From NCBI GenBank assembly GCA_963828745.1, contig CAWHFZ010000008.1, positions 224,723-288,722 of the forward strand: a DNA stretch of 64,000 nucleotides, given 5' to 3'. Every line of letters starts with the position of its first letter. Within the stretch, counting starts at the first letter, position 1. Below are positions 33,138-41,990 of the stretch, piece after piece. The DNA is from Vicinamibacteria bacterium. GTDB lineage: Bacteria; Acidobacteriota; Vicinamibacteria; Vicinamibacterales; JAENWD01. A program made the translations under genes and the position numbers. The notes beneath the pieces were generated by a model. It searched no databases. It saw only the letters and a program-made list of their open reading frames with translations, and was not told where the DNA came from.

Positions 33138-33353
33138 GTCTCAGGGTCGCAAGGTCTCAGGAGGTCTCAGGGTCGCAAGGTCGCAAGGTCGCAAGGTCTC
33201 AGGGTCGAAGAGTCTCGGGCCAGAAGCACCTTTGAACCCTTCGACCTTGAGACCCTGCGACCCTGAGACCCTTTCGACCCTTGCGACCCTTCGACCTTCG
33301 ACCTTGCGACCTTGCGACCTTGCGACCCTGCGACCCTGAGACCCTGCGACCTA
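33137..33353. repeat. Opposed arrays of octamer GGTCKCAR (about 10 forward units, about 15 inverted units) forming a ~216-bp imperfect palindrome
   Basis: The left arm from 33138 reads GGTCTCAG GGTCGCAA and so on. The centre is near 33225. The right arm consists of TTGCGACC/CTGAGACC units up to 33350. The array spans exactly from the TAG (33135-33137) to the minus-strand TAG (33351-33353). Confidence 0.9.
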
Positions 33354-34571
33354 CTCATACCGAAGCGCTTCGATGGGGCTGAGCGCCGCCGCCCGCTGGG
33401 CCGGGTACAACCCGAAGAATCCACCGATCGCCGCCGCACAGCTGAACGACAACACCACCGACATCATCGACACGCTCGTCGTCCAGGCGAAAATCTGACT
33501 CAGACCGAGCGACGCCGCGACGCCGAGCGCGATGCCGATGATCCCGCCCGCCAGGCTCAGCGTCAGCGACTCGACCAGGAACTGACGCGCGACGTCGCGC
33601 TTCCGCGCGCCAATCGACATGCGCAGCCCGATCTCCCGCGTCCGCTCCGTTACCGAGACGAGCATGATGTTCATCACGCCAATGCCGCCGACGAGCAGCG
33701 AGACGGCCGCCACGCTGGCGAGCAACCACGTCATCGTGTTCGTCGTCGCGGTCAGGACGGTCGTCATCTCCTCGAGGGTGCGCACGGTGAAGTCATCGGG
33801 ATCGCCTGACGACAGCCGGTGCCGCAGGCGCAACAACGTCGAAATGCTGTCGGCTACCTGCGAGATCTGCGACTCGTCGGCAGCAGCAACCGTGATGTTG
33901 CTGAGCCAGGTATTTCCGGACAGCTTCTTCATCACCGTCGTATACGGCACGATGACGGTGTCGTCCTGATCCTGTCCGATCGCAGACTGCCCTTTCCGCT
34001 CGAGCACGCCAACGACTGCGAACGGCTGGTTGGCGATCCGGATCGTCTCGCCGGTCGGATCCGCATTCTCACCGAACAACTGATCGCGCACGACCGCACC
34101 GAGCAGCGCGACCTTACCGGCTCGCGCCACGTCGGCGTCGGTGAAGAAACTGCCGCTCTCGATCGACCAGTTCCGGATCGTCGAGAGTTCGGCGCTGGCG
34201 CCCTGAATCTGCGTGGACCAGTTGCCAGTGCCGGACACCACCTGGGCCCGTGTCGTGGCACCGGGTGACACCGCCGCGACGCCTGGAACGTCACGCGTGA
34301 TGGCTTCGGCGTCAGCCGGCGTCAGCGTCGTTCTCGCGCCCTGCCCCAGGCGGACGCCGCCGACGGTCGCCGACCCGGGCATGACGATGATCAGGTTCGT
34401 CCCGGCGGAGCGAATCCGCGACTCGATCGAGGCGCGTGCGCCGTTGCCCAGCGCCATCATGACGATGACCGCGGCGACACCGATGATGATTCCCAGCGCC
34501 GTGAGCATCGTCCGCATCACGTTTCGGCGGAGCGCCTCGAGCGCCGTTTCCAGCGTGAGCCACAGTGACAT
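33351..34571 (-). CDS. MacB/FtsX-family ABC transporter permease
   Basis: 406-aa intact ORF. ALEALRRNVMRTMLTALGIIIGVAAV and C-terminal LSPIEALRYE. Confidence 0.85.
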   Translation of the reverse strand: MSLWLTLETALEALRRNVMRTMLTALGIIIGVAAVIVMMALGNGARASIESRIRSAGTNLIIVMPGSATVGGVRLGQGARTTLTPADAEAITRDVPGVAAVSPGATTRAQVVSGTGNWSTQIQGASAELSTIRNWSIESGSFFTDADVARAGKVALLGAVVRDQLFGENADPTGETIRIANQPFAVVGVLERKGQSAIGQDQDDTVIVPYTTVMKKLSGNTWLSNITVAAADESQISQVADSISTLLRLRHRLSSGDPDDFTVRTLEEMTTVLTATTNTMTWLLASVAAVSLLVGGIGVMNIMLVSVTERTREIGLRMSIGARKRDVARQFLVESLTLSLAGGIIGIALGVAASLGLSQIFAWTTSVSMMSVVLSFSCAAAIGGFFGLYPAQRAAALSPIEALRYE

Positions 34572-34583
34572 GGTTGCGTCTCC

Positions 34584-35921
34584 TCACATCCCTCGGCCGC
34601 CGCGTCGCGGCATCGAGGGCATCAGCGGCGAGCCGGAGGATGGCGTCGCCTGGGCGACAGGCGTCGATGCATTGCGCGAACCGGTTGCGACGACCGCGCC
34701 GGCGTGCAGAGTCGACGAGTCGATCGCGGCCGTCGTGCCATCGGAGAGGCGGACGGTGACGCGTACCGGTTGCAGCTTCCCATTCGCCACCTGCCAAATC
34801 GTCGCGTGCGATCCCGGTGTGCCCACGGTCGGTCGCTGCGATGCTCCGGCGCGGCCGCCAGACGCCGAACGATTCGATGCGCCGGCGCCTCGCGGCGTCG
34901 CTGTGGACGCGTCGTTCCGTGGCTGGGTGCTCTGGCGCTTCGGCATGTCCTGCCCCAGTGCTGCGAAGAGATCCGAGTCGGGCCTGAACCGCAGCGCCGC
35001 AGCCGGCACGCGCAACGCGTCGTCGTCCCGCGCGGTCTCGATGCGGACAGTTGCCGTCATCCCCGGCTTCAGCTTCTGTCCCGGGTTCGGAACGGTGATG
35101 ATCGTCGTGTAGGTAACGACGTTGTTCGTGACAACGGGTTGCAGCCGCACTTCCGTCACCTTGCCGGTGAAGGTTTCGCCACCATACGCGTCGAGCGTGA
35201 ACGTCACCGGCTGTCCTACCACGACGCGGCCGATGTCCGATTCGTCCACGCTGGCGTCCACCTCCATCGTGCTGAGATCGCGCGCAATCACGAACAGCGT
35301 GGGCGTCTGCAGTCCTGATGTCACCGTCTGGCCGACTTCGACGTTCCGCGAGAGCACGATGCCGTCGGTCGGCGACTTGATGATGGTGTGGTCGACGTTG
35401 ACCTGGGCCTGCGAAAGCGACGCCCTGCCTTGTACAACCTGCGCCTGCGCGGACTTCACCGCGGCCTGCCCCCCCTCGCGCGCGATACGGGCGGCGTCGA
35501 GATCCGATTGTGGAATCAGCTGGTCCTTCGACAACCGCTCGGCTCGAGCCAGCTTGATCTCGGCATCCGAGAGGTTGACCTTCGCCTGCTGGAGATCGGC
35601 GTTCATCCTGGCGAGCGCGGCTCGCGCCTGATCGACCTGCGCCTGGAGCGCTGCCGGGTCGAGCGTGGCCAGTATTTCGCCTTCGTGCACAATCGAGTTG
35701 AATGTCGCGTTCAGCTTGTTCACCGCACCGGTGACCTGGCTGCCCACTTCGACCGAATCAACTGGCTGCACCGTGCCGGTCGCCTCCACCGTCTGCACGA
35801 CCGGCCCCCGCGTGACATCCGCGGTCACCAGCGTCGGCGCCGCCTCGGCGCGGAGCTGGTAATACGCAATGCCGCCGCCGAGGGCCACAATCGCGATGAT
35901 GATGAAAAGGATTCTGCGCAT
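34584..35921 (-). CDS. Efflux periplasmic adaptor (HlyD/MacA family) with low-complexity C-terminal extension
   Basis: The ATG at 35921 gives MRRILFIIIAIVALGGG. Coiled-coil and barrel domains follow, then an extra ~130-aa Ser/Ala/Gly/Pro-rich tail. Confidence 0.8.
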   Translation of the reverse strand: MRRILFIIIAIVALGGGIAYYQLRAEAAPTLVTADVTRGPVVQTVEATGTVQPVDSVEVGSQVTGAVNKLNATFNSIVHEGEILATLDPAALQAQVDQARAALARMNADLQQAKVNLSDAEIKLARAERLSKDQLIPQSDLDAARIAREGGQAAVKSAQAQVVQGRASLSQAQVNVDHTIIKSPTDGIVLSRNVEVGQTVTSGLQTPTLFVIARDLSTMEVDASVDESDIGRVVVGQPVTFTLDAYGGETFTGKVTEVRLQPVVTNNVVTYTTIITVPNPGQKLKPGMTATVRIETARDDDALRVPAAALRFRPDSDLFAALGQDMPKRQSTQPRNDASTATPRGAGASNRSASGGRAGASQRPTVGTPGSHATIWQVANGKLQPVRVTVRLSDGTTAAIDSSTLHAGAVVATGSRNASTPVAQATPSSGSPLMPSMPRRGGRGM

Positions 35922-35959
35922 ATCTCCCGCGAGGCTTCCACCTCGCCTCCACTCTCGAG

Positions 35960-35979
35960 GGCGGGGCTGATGCCCCGCC
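35960..35979. repeat. Single REP-variant hairpin GGCGGGGC-TGAT-GCCCCGCC
   Basis: Located between the Spy-like stop and the MFP start. Same stem as the copy at 25539. Confidence 0.7.
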
Positions 35980-36000
35980 TCCCGGCTCGAGAAATGTCCC

Positions 36001-36516
36001 TTACTGCTGTTGCGGCGGCGGCTGGCTCGGTTGCTGTTTCTTGAGCTGCTCCCTTCGCTGCTGCCATTCAGCACGCTGCTGTGCCCGGAACTGCTTCCGC
36101 TCGGCTGCAAGCGTCTTTGCCTTCGCCTGCTGGTCCGGCGTCAGCAGGCTGAACACCTGCTCGTGAACCCGCGCCCGCAACACCGCAGCGTCGGCCTCGG
36201 CCGCCGCCAGCTCTGTCGATGCGGCGCGAATCTGCGGTTCGTTCAACGGCACCTGCTCGATCGCCGCCTGCTGCGCTTCTCGCGCCGTCCGGACGCGCTC
36301 GCCAATCGCCTTGAACTCGTCGCGGTGCGATGCCATCGCCGCACGAATCTGCTGGCGCTGTTCGTCGGTCAGATCGAGCTGCCGCATGCCGGCCAACCCG
36401 CCGCCCATGAACCCGCGACGCCCGTGCCACTGACCGTGCCCCTCCTGCGCGACGACCGCGAACGGCACCGCTGCCAGCACCACCGCCACACCTGCCGCCA
36501 CAAGGCCTCGTTTCAT
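36001..36516 (-). CDS. Spy/CpxP-family periplasmic protein (LTxxQ motif)
   Basis: The ATG at 36516 gives the signal peptide MKRGLVAAGVAVVLAAVPFAVVAQ. LTDEQRQQIRAA and LTPDQQAKAK motifs. Confidence 0.75.
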   Translation of the reverse strand: MKRGLVAAGVAVVLAAVPFAVVAQEGHGQWHGRRGFMGGGLAGMRQLDLTDEQRQQIRAAMASHRDEFKAIGERVRTAREAQQAAIEQVPLNEPQIRAASTELAAAEADAAVLRARVHEQVFSLLTPDQQAKAKTLAAERKQFRAQQRAEWQQRREQLKKQQPSQPPPQQQ

Positions 36517-36616
36517 CCACTGTGTAATCGCCACGTTCGCTCCTCCAATGGCGGCGAGCGCCATGCGCCCCCGCTACTTCATTTGACGGGGACGACCGGG
36601 CACCTATGCGGCAGAA

Positions 36617-36635
36617 CTGTGACACTTCTGTGACA
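36617..36635. promoter_or_regulatory. Direct repeat CTGTGACA-N3-CTGTGACA (11-bp phasing), candidate OmpR-family binding site
   Basis: Repeats at 36617-36624 and 36628-36635, in the divergent spacer between the Spy-like gene and the response-regulator operon. Confidence 0.45.
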
Positions 36636-36698
36636 GGCCGTTCCGCCTGAAAGGGCTCGGCTAGACTGATTGCACAAAGGGCGCCAGGCGATTCACAG

Positions 36699-37418
36699 GT
36701 GGAACGACAGGGAGATGACCGGCGAGTGCTCGTGGTTGAGGACGAACCGCACATACGCGAGCTCGTCGCGCTGCATCTGCGCCTCGAGGGCTGGACGCCA
36801 GAGCTGGTTGACAACGGGGTCACCGCCCTCGAGCGCCTCCGGGCAGCCCCGTTCGATCTCGTGATCCTCGACATCATGCTGCCGGGTCTCGATGGGCTCA
36901 CGGTACTGAAGGCGCTGCGCCGCGAATCGCCGAACGCCGATGCGCCTGTCCTGCTGCTCACCGCGCGCCGAGAAGAGTCGGACAAGGTCCTGGGCCTCGA
37001 GAGCGGCGCCGACGACTATCTTGCGAAACCTTTCGGAGTGCGCGAACTGGTGGCGCGCGCGCGTGCGCTGATGCGCCGGCCGCGCGTCGTTGCACCAGTG
37101 ACCAGCGAGGCGGGAGCCGCCGTACGCGTGAAGGATCTGGAAATCGATCCGGCGCGCCGCCGCGTCACCGTTGCCGGCCGCGAAGCCGAGCTCACGTCTT
37201 ATGAGTTCGACCTGCTGTATCTGCTTGCCTCGCATCCGGGGATCGTCTTCAGCCGGGAAGCCGTCCTCGCCCGCGTCTGGAAGGGTGAAGCCTTCGTCAC
37301 TGAGCGCAGCGTGGACGCGCTCGTGAAGCGGCTGCGCCGGAAGATCGAAACAGATCCTGCCAACCCCGCTTACGTGCTCACCGTGTGGGGCACGGGCTAC
37401 AAGCTCGCCGATGACTGA
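36699..37418 (+). CDS. OmpR/PhoB-family response regulator (CpxR/BaeR-like)
   Basis: 239 aa. Receiver VLVVEDEP...DLVILDIMLPGLDG, then a winged helix (LTSYEFDLLYLLASHPG...GTGYKL). The start may be the GTG at 36726. Confidence 0.9.
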   Translation: MERQGDDRRVLVVEDEPHIRELVALHLRLEGWTPELVDNGVTALERLRAAPFDLVILDIMLPGLDGLTVLKALRRESPNADAPVLLLTARREESDKVLGLESGADDYLAKPFGVRELVARARALMRRPRVVAPVTSEAGAAVRVKDLEIDPARRRVTVAGREAELTSYEFDLLYLLASHPGIVFSREAVLARVWKGEAFVTERSVDALVKRLRRKIETDPANPAYVLTVWGTGYKLADD

Positions 37419-38850
37419 GCCGGCCTGGTATCGAAGCCTGTACGGCCGGATGGCCATCGGCGCGTTGCTTGGGCTCACCGGCCTGCTGTTCGCGCAGGCC
37501 GCGCTGTTTTTGTGGCTCCTCGGCCGCAGCGATCGGCCGATGGCGATGCGATCGCCGCAACGGGCGCTGCGCTTCGTGGCGGTGGACCTGACCACCGCAT
37601 TGGAGAGCGACCCTCAACTCGATCTGGATCGCTACGTCCGCGAGCAGTTCGGCCGCTTGTCCTGGCGGATGTTCGTCGTCCTGCCCGATGGCCGCGTCGC
37701 GAAGAACCGTGAGTTCACCGTGCCCGACGCGCTGCTTCGTGCGGCGCAGAGCGCGGCACGGGACAATCGCCCGTCACCTTCGCGCCGCCCGCTCGAGTGG
37801 GTCGGCGGCCGTCTCATGCGTCTGCGCGCGGACGATCGCGTCGTCGCCGTCGTCGGTCTCGCGCCGGGCGAAGGCCCCTGGACGCCGGTGTTTCGCGAAT
37901 ACGGCCCCCCGCTCGCGATTGCCGCCGCGGTGCTGTTGATTGCGGGTGCTGCGGGAATGGCCGTCTTCGTGCTGCGTCCCGCCCGGCGGCGAATCCGAAC
38001 GCTGCAGGAAGCAGCGGAAGCGCTCGGCGGAGGCGACAGCGCGGCACGGGCGCCGGAAAGCGGAGGCGACGAGGTGGCGGCCCTCGCGCGCTCGTTCAAC
38101 AAGATGGCGACGGAACTCGATGCACGGGTCCGCGAGCTGAAGGCGTCAGATCGGCTGCGGCGGCAACTGCTGGCGGATGTCTCACACGAGCTGATGACAC
38201 CGCTGACTGCCATGCGCGGCTATCTCGAAACGCTGGCGCTGCCCGGCGCAGTGCCCGACGACGAGACGCGAGACCGATATCTGAGGGTCGTGACGGAGGA
38301 GACTTCGCGTCTTGAATCGATAGTCGGCGATCTCCTCGATCTGGCCCGGCTCGAAGGCGGCGGATCGGTCTTGCACCGTGAAGCCGTGCCCCTGGATTGG
38401 CTGTTCGCGCGTGTCGCCGAGCGGCACGAGGTGGGGATGCGGGATCGCGGCATCCGGCTCGATCGCGAGATTGCTCCCGGTGCCGAACGTCTGGACGGCG
38501 ACGCCCGCCGACTGGAACAGGTGCTGCAAAACCTCGCGGCCAACGCCGTCCGGCATACGCCCCCTGGTGGCCGCATCCGCTTGAGCGCGGAGCCGCGAAG
38601 CGGCCGGGTCGTGATCCGCGTCAGCGACAGCGGGACGGGGATCGCCCCCGAGCATCTGCCGTTCGTGTTCGACCGGTTCTACAAGGCCGATGCGTCACGG
38701 GTGCAGGGTGACGGGCTTGGGAGCGGCCTGGGCCTGTCGATCGTCAAGGCGATCGTCGAGGGCCACGGCGGGCAGATATCCGTATTGAGTGAGCCCGGAC
38801 ACGGGGCAATGTTCGAGATCGTCCTCGACACGCCGCAGAGCCGTACGTAG
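37411..38850 (+). CDS. Sensor histidine kinase (TM-HAMP-HisKA-HATPase), CpxA/BaeS-like
   Basis: 479 aa. H-box VSHELMTPLTAMRGY. NLAANAVRHT, DSGTGI and GSGLGLSIVK motifs. Confidence 0.9.
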   Translation: MTEPAWYRSLYGRMAIGALLGLTGLLFAQAALFLWLLGRSDRPMAMRSPQRALRFVAVDLTTALESDPQLDLDRYVREQFGRLSWRMFVVLPDGRVAKNREFTVPDALLRAAQSAARDNRPSPSRRPLEWVGGRLMRLRADDRVVAVVGLAPGEGPWTPVFREYGPPLAIAAAVLLIAGAAGMAVFVLRPARRRIRTLQEAAEALGGGDSAARAPESGGDEVAALARSFNKMATELDARVRELKASDRLRRQLLADVSHELMTPLTAMRGYLETLALPGAVPDDETRDRYLRVVTEETSRLESIVGDLLDLARLEGGGSVLHREAVPLDWLFARVAERHEVGMRDRGIRLDREIAPGAERLDGDARRLEQVLQNLAANAVRHTPPGGRIRLSAEPRSGRVVIRVSDSGTGIAPEHLPFVFDRFYKADASRVQGDGLGSGLGLSIVKAIVEGHGGQISVLSEPGHGAMFEIVLDTPQSRT

Positions 38851-38940
38851 GCCCGAGCTTCAGCTCGGGCTTCGTTTCCCAATCTCGTGAATTGCCCAAG
38901 CTAAAGCTTGGGCCTACGTCCCACGTGCTTGGGCCTACGT
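38847..38940. repeat. REP variants GTAG-GCCCGAGC-TTCA-GCTCGGGC and GCCCAAGC-TAAA-GCTTGGGC-CTAC, plus a half copy
   Basis: 38847-38870, 38894-38917 (inverted orientation) and 38927-38940. Located between convergent genes. The first GTAG contains the kinase TAG stop. Confidence 0.8.
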
Positions 38941-38942
38941 GC

Positions 38943-39828
38943 TCAGCGTCGATACACCCGGACGTAGTCCACCAGCATCTGCTGAGGAAAGATGGAGGTC
39001 TGATCGGGATTCCCGGGCCAGTTGCCGCCGACGGCGACGTTGAGCAGCATGAACATCTCGTGGTCGAACACCCACCGCGCGCCGGCGGGCAGATCCGACG
39101 GCTTCACCGTCTTGAAGTTCGTGCCGTCCACGTACCAGCGGATCTGGGAGGGCTCCCACTCGACGCCGTAGAGGTGATAGTCGTCCGCGAAAGGGCGCCC
39201 GTTCGGATTCTGGAACGGCGTGGACGGGCCGTCCGCGCCCGAGTAGCCGGGGCCGTGCAAGGTGCCATGGACGGTGCTCGGCTCGCGGCCGATGTTCTCC
39301 ATCACGTCGAGCTCGCCGTCGTCAGGCCACCCGCGTGAGTCGATGTTGACACCCATCATCCAGAACGCCGGCCAGATCCCCTGCCCCCGCGGAATCTTGA
39401 TTCGCGCCTCGAAGCGGCCGTAGGCCTGTGAGAATCGGCCGAGCGTTTTCAGTCGAGCCGACGTGTAGTCGCGCGCTATCCCATCCCGTCCCGGTGAACT
39501 TCTCGGCGCGGGCGGTGATGACCAGCGCGCCCCCCTCGATACTGGAGTTCTCGGGGCGATCGGTGTAGGTCTGAAGCTCCTCGTTGCCCCAGCCCCCACC
39601 ACCCAGCTCGAGGACCCAGCGCGACGGATCGGGCCGGCTGCCGTCAGGACCATCGAACTCGTCGCTCCACGATAACTGCCACTGCCCTGCCGTCCCTCCA
39701 GGCTGCGGTGTCGGCGACGGCGCCTCATGGCCGTCGGCGCCGCCGCACATCGCCAGCGCAGAGATGGCAAAGATCGGCGAGACGAGCCGCGCCAGCCACG
39801 TTCGCAACCTCCGGGCCGGATGGCTCAC
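38943..39828 (-). pseudogene. Glycoside hydrolase family 16 (laminarinase-like) lipoprotein, one frame change near 39490
   Basis: GTG at 39828 with signal peptide (LVSPIFAISALAMCGG). GWGNEELQTY, then after the shift YTSARLKT...GRFEARIKIP...WPAFWMMG...GELDVMEN. Confidence 0.8.
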
Positions 39829-39829
39829 C

Positions 39830-40267
39830 CTACTGCACCGACAACAGCTCGATTTCGAACACGAGCGTCGCATTCGCTGGGATCGGACCGTTGCCGCTGG
39901 CGCCGTACGCCAGTTCGGGCGGCACGATAACCTTGCGCTTCCCACCGACCTTCATGCCGGTGACGCCTTGACTAATGCCCGGGATGACGCCGGTCCCACC
40001 GACGACGAAAACGAACGGCTGACCACCGACCGATGTCTGGATGAACTGTCCCTTGTTCTCGGCCGCCGTGTCCGAATAGATCCACAACGAGTAATTGATC
40101 GTCACCGTCTTGCCGGCGACGGCTTCCGCGCCGCTGCCAACGACGAGGTCCGTCTGGCTATAGGGCGCCGAGGGGAGCGGAGTTGGATCGACGGGATTGG
40201 AGGAGGAGCCGCCACAGGCGGCGGACACGACGAGCAGCAGTACTACCGGCAGCAGACGACCAAACAT
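39830..40267 (-). CDS. FKBP-type peptidyl-prolyl cis-trans isomerase, lipoprotein
   Basis: 145 aa. Lipobox VVSAAC. C-terminal GKRKVIVPPELAYG...ATLVFEIELL. Confidence 0.85.
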   Translation of the reverse strand: MFGRLLPVVLLLVVSAACGGSSSNPVDPTPLPSAPYSQTDLVVGSGAEAVAGKTVTINYSLWIYSDTAAENKGQFIQTSVGGQPFVFVVGGTGVIPGISQGVTGMKVGGKRKVIVPPELAYGASGNGPIPANATLVFEIELLSVQ

Positions 40268-40338
40268 CCGGACAACCTCTCGTTAGGGGGCGCTGGCACG
40301 CCAAAGGCAACGAATCAGGATAGCGCAGGAGGTGGGGG

Positions 40339-40386
40339 CAGTGCCGCAGTGCTGCAGTGCGGCGGTGCTGCAGTGCTGCGGTGCTG
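40339..40386. repeat. Tandem CAGTGCKG-like units (5-6 copies)
   Basis: GCAGTGCCG CAGTGCTG CAGTGCGGCG GTGCTG CAGTGCTGCG GTGCTG, in a divergent intergenic region. Confidence 0.8.
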
Positions 40387-40412
40387 TTAACCATCTGCCC
40401 GGTTCCGCGTAT
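40385..40412 (+). promoter_or_regulatory. Candidate ECF-type promoter (TGTTAAC-N16-CGTA)
   Basis: AAC at 40389-40391, a 16-nt spacer and CGTA at 40408-40411. Located ~40 nt upstream of the first gene of the membrane protein / ECF sigma / anti-sigma operon. Confidence 0.4.
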
Positions 40413-40451
40413 TTGATAGAGAAGATCATTTTTGCCGGAAACGGAGCCCTC

Positions 40452-41390
40452 ATGCGCCTGAAGCCCATCGTCATCGCCCTTCTTCCCCTGCTCGTCACGG
40501 CTTCCATCCCAGCCGAAGTTCGAGCCGCACAGACGCCTGCGCCACCGGCTCCGGCGCGCCAGGCTCCGGCGAGATCGCAGCCGGAGCCGGCTCCCTCGGC
40601 GGCGCCCGCGGCACCGCTCGAGCCGTACGATGCGAACGAGACGCGGCAGCGATTCGGCGAAATCCTGCGGCAGTATCCGCCGTCCGTGGCCGAGGTCCTG
40701 CGCATCGATCCGTCGATGATCGGCAATCAGGACTACCTGTCGACCTATCCCACGCTGGCGGCGTTCCTTGCGAAGCATCCCGAGATTGCGAGGAACCCGT
40801 CGTTCTTCGTGGGCACCGATCAGGCCCGCGACTGGAACGACAATACGCCGCAGGCCGCCGTCATTCAGATGTGGCGCAATCTCATGGACGGGATTCAGGT
40901 GTTCGCCATCATCCTCGTCATCACCGGCGCGCTGATGTGGCTGATGAAGACGCTGATCGACTACCGGCGCTGGCTGCGCATCTCGAGAATCCAGGCGGAG
41001 GTGCACACGAAGCTCGTCGATCGGTTCACGTCCAGCGAGGAGCTGTTGTCGTACATCCAGACCCCGGCGGGACGCCGGTTCCTCGAGTCGTCACCGATTC
41101 CGCTCGATGTCGAATCGCGCGCTTCGCTGAGCGCGCCGGTGAGCCGGATCTTGTGGTCGATTCAGATCGGCGTCATCCTCGCCTCTGGAGGCTTCGGGCT
41201 GATCTATGTCGGCAACCGTCAGCTGTCGTCCTACACGGCGGAGCCGCTGCAGGCCGTCGGATCGCTGGCGATCGCCCTCGGCCTTGGTTTCGTGGTGTCG
41301 GCGGTCGTGGCCTATCTGATATCGTCGCGTCTGGGGCTGCTTCGCGGACTCCGCGCCGGCTCGGCGACGGATTCGTCGGTATCCGCGTGA
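40452..41390 (+). CDS. Hypothetical membrane protein (signal peptide, Pro/Ala-rich region, 3-4 TM helices)
   Basis: The ATG at 40452 is preceded by GGAG. MRLKPIVIALLPLLVTASIPAEVRA. No family recognised. Confidence 0.6.
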   Translation: MRLKPIVIALLPLLVTASIPAEVRAAQTPAPPAPARQAPARSQPEPAPSAAPAAPLEPYDANETRQRFGEILRQYPPSVAEVLRIDPSMIGNQDYLSTYPTLAAFLAKHPEIARNPSFFVGTDQARDWNDNTPQAAVIQMWRNLMDGIQVFAIILVITGALMWLMKTLIDYRRWLRISRIQAEVHTKLVDRFTSSEELLSYIQTPAGRRFLESSPIPLDVESRASLSAPVSRILWSIQIGVILASGGFGLIYVGNRQLSSYTAEPLQAVGSLAIALGLGFVVSAVVAYLISSRLGLLRGLRAGSATDSSVSA

Positions 41391-41411
41391 TGGCCCTATG
41401 ACTGAAGCCGC

Positions 41412-41990
41412 ATGGTGATTCGCCACATGACGCTGTCGGATGTCGAACGTCTCGGCCTTGACGCCGAGCACGGTACCGAAGCGCTCGCCATGGACGAGGA
41501 CGCGTTCCGCGTGTTCTACGAGCAGACGGCGCGCGGCCTGTTGGCCTACTTGTCGCGCGCGACCGGCGACAGCGACGCCGCGAACGATCTGCTGCAGGAG
41601 GCCTACTACCGGCTCCTCCGCGCGACGACGAATTTCGAGACAGAAGCGCATCGCCGCCACTACCTGTTCAGGATCGCGACGAATCTGGTGCGGGATCGGC
41701 GGCGCCGGCCATCCCGGGAAGTACCGCTGCCCGCGCCGGGCGAGGAGCAATCGCAGTTCGCCGAGAATTCGCTGGCCGGCTCCGTGGTGGCGAGGCGCGA
41801 TGTGGGCCGTGCGCTGGTCGCGCTGCGCCCCCGCGATCGCGACCTTCTCTGGTTCGCCTATGCGCAGGGCATGACGCATTCGGAGATCGCCGAATCACTC
41901 GGGGTGAAGAGCGCCAGCGTACGGCTGCTGCTCCATCGCGCGCGAGCGAGGCTGCTGGAGCTGCTGACACGGACGGGAGGATCGACATGA
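41412..41990 (+). CDS. ECF-family RNA polymerase sigma factor
   Basis: 192 aa. Region 2 DLLQEAYYRLL...YLFRIATNLVRD; region 4 MTHSEIAESLGVKSASVRLLLHRARARL. Confidence 0.85.
   Translation: MVIRHMTLSDVERLGLDAEHGTEALAMDEDAFRVFYEQTARGLLAYLSRATGDSDAANDLLQEAYYRLLRATTNFETEAHRRHYLFRIATNLVRDRRRRPSREVPLPAPGEEQSQFAENSLAGSVVARRDVGRALVALRPRDRDLLWFAYAQGMTHSEIAESLGVKSASVRLLLHRARARLLELLTRTGGST

Noticed and set aside
40294-40309. Sigma-54-like motif TGGCACG-CCAA-AGGCA in the FKBP / membrane-protein divergent region
   Set aside because: The -24 element is perfect and GCA is present, but the TT of the -12 box is missing and the leader would be ~130 nt. The ECF-type promoter nearer the gene explains the operon better. 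Kept only as a low-probability alternative.
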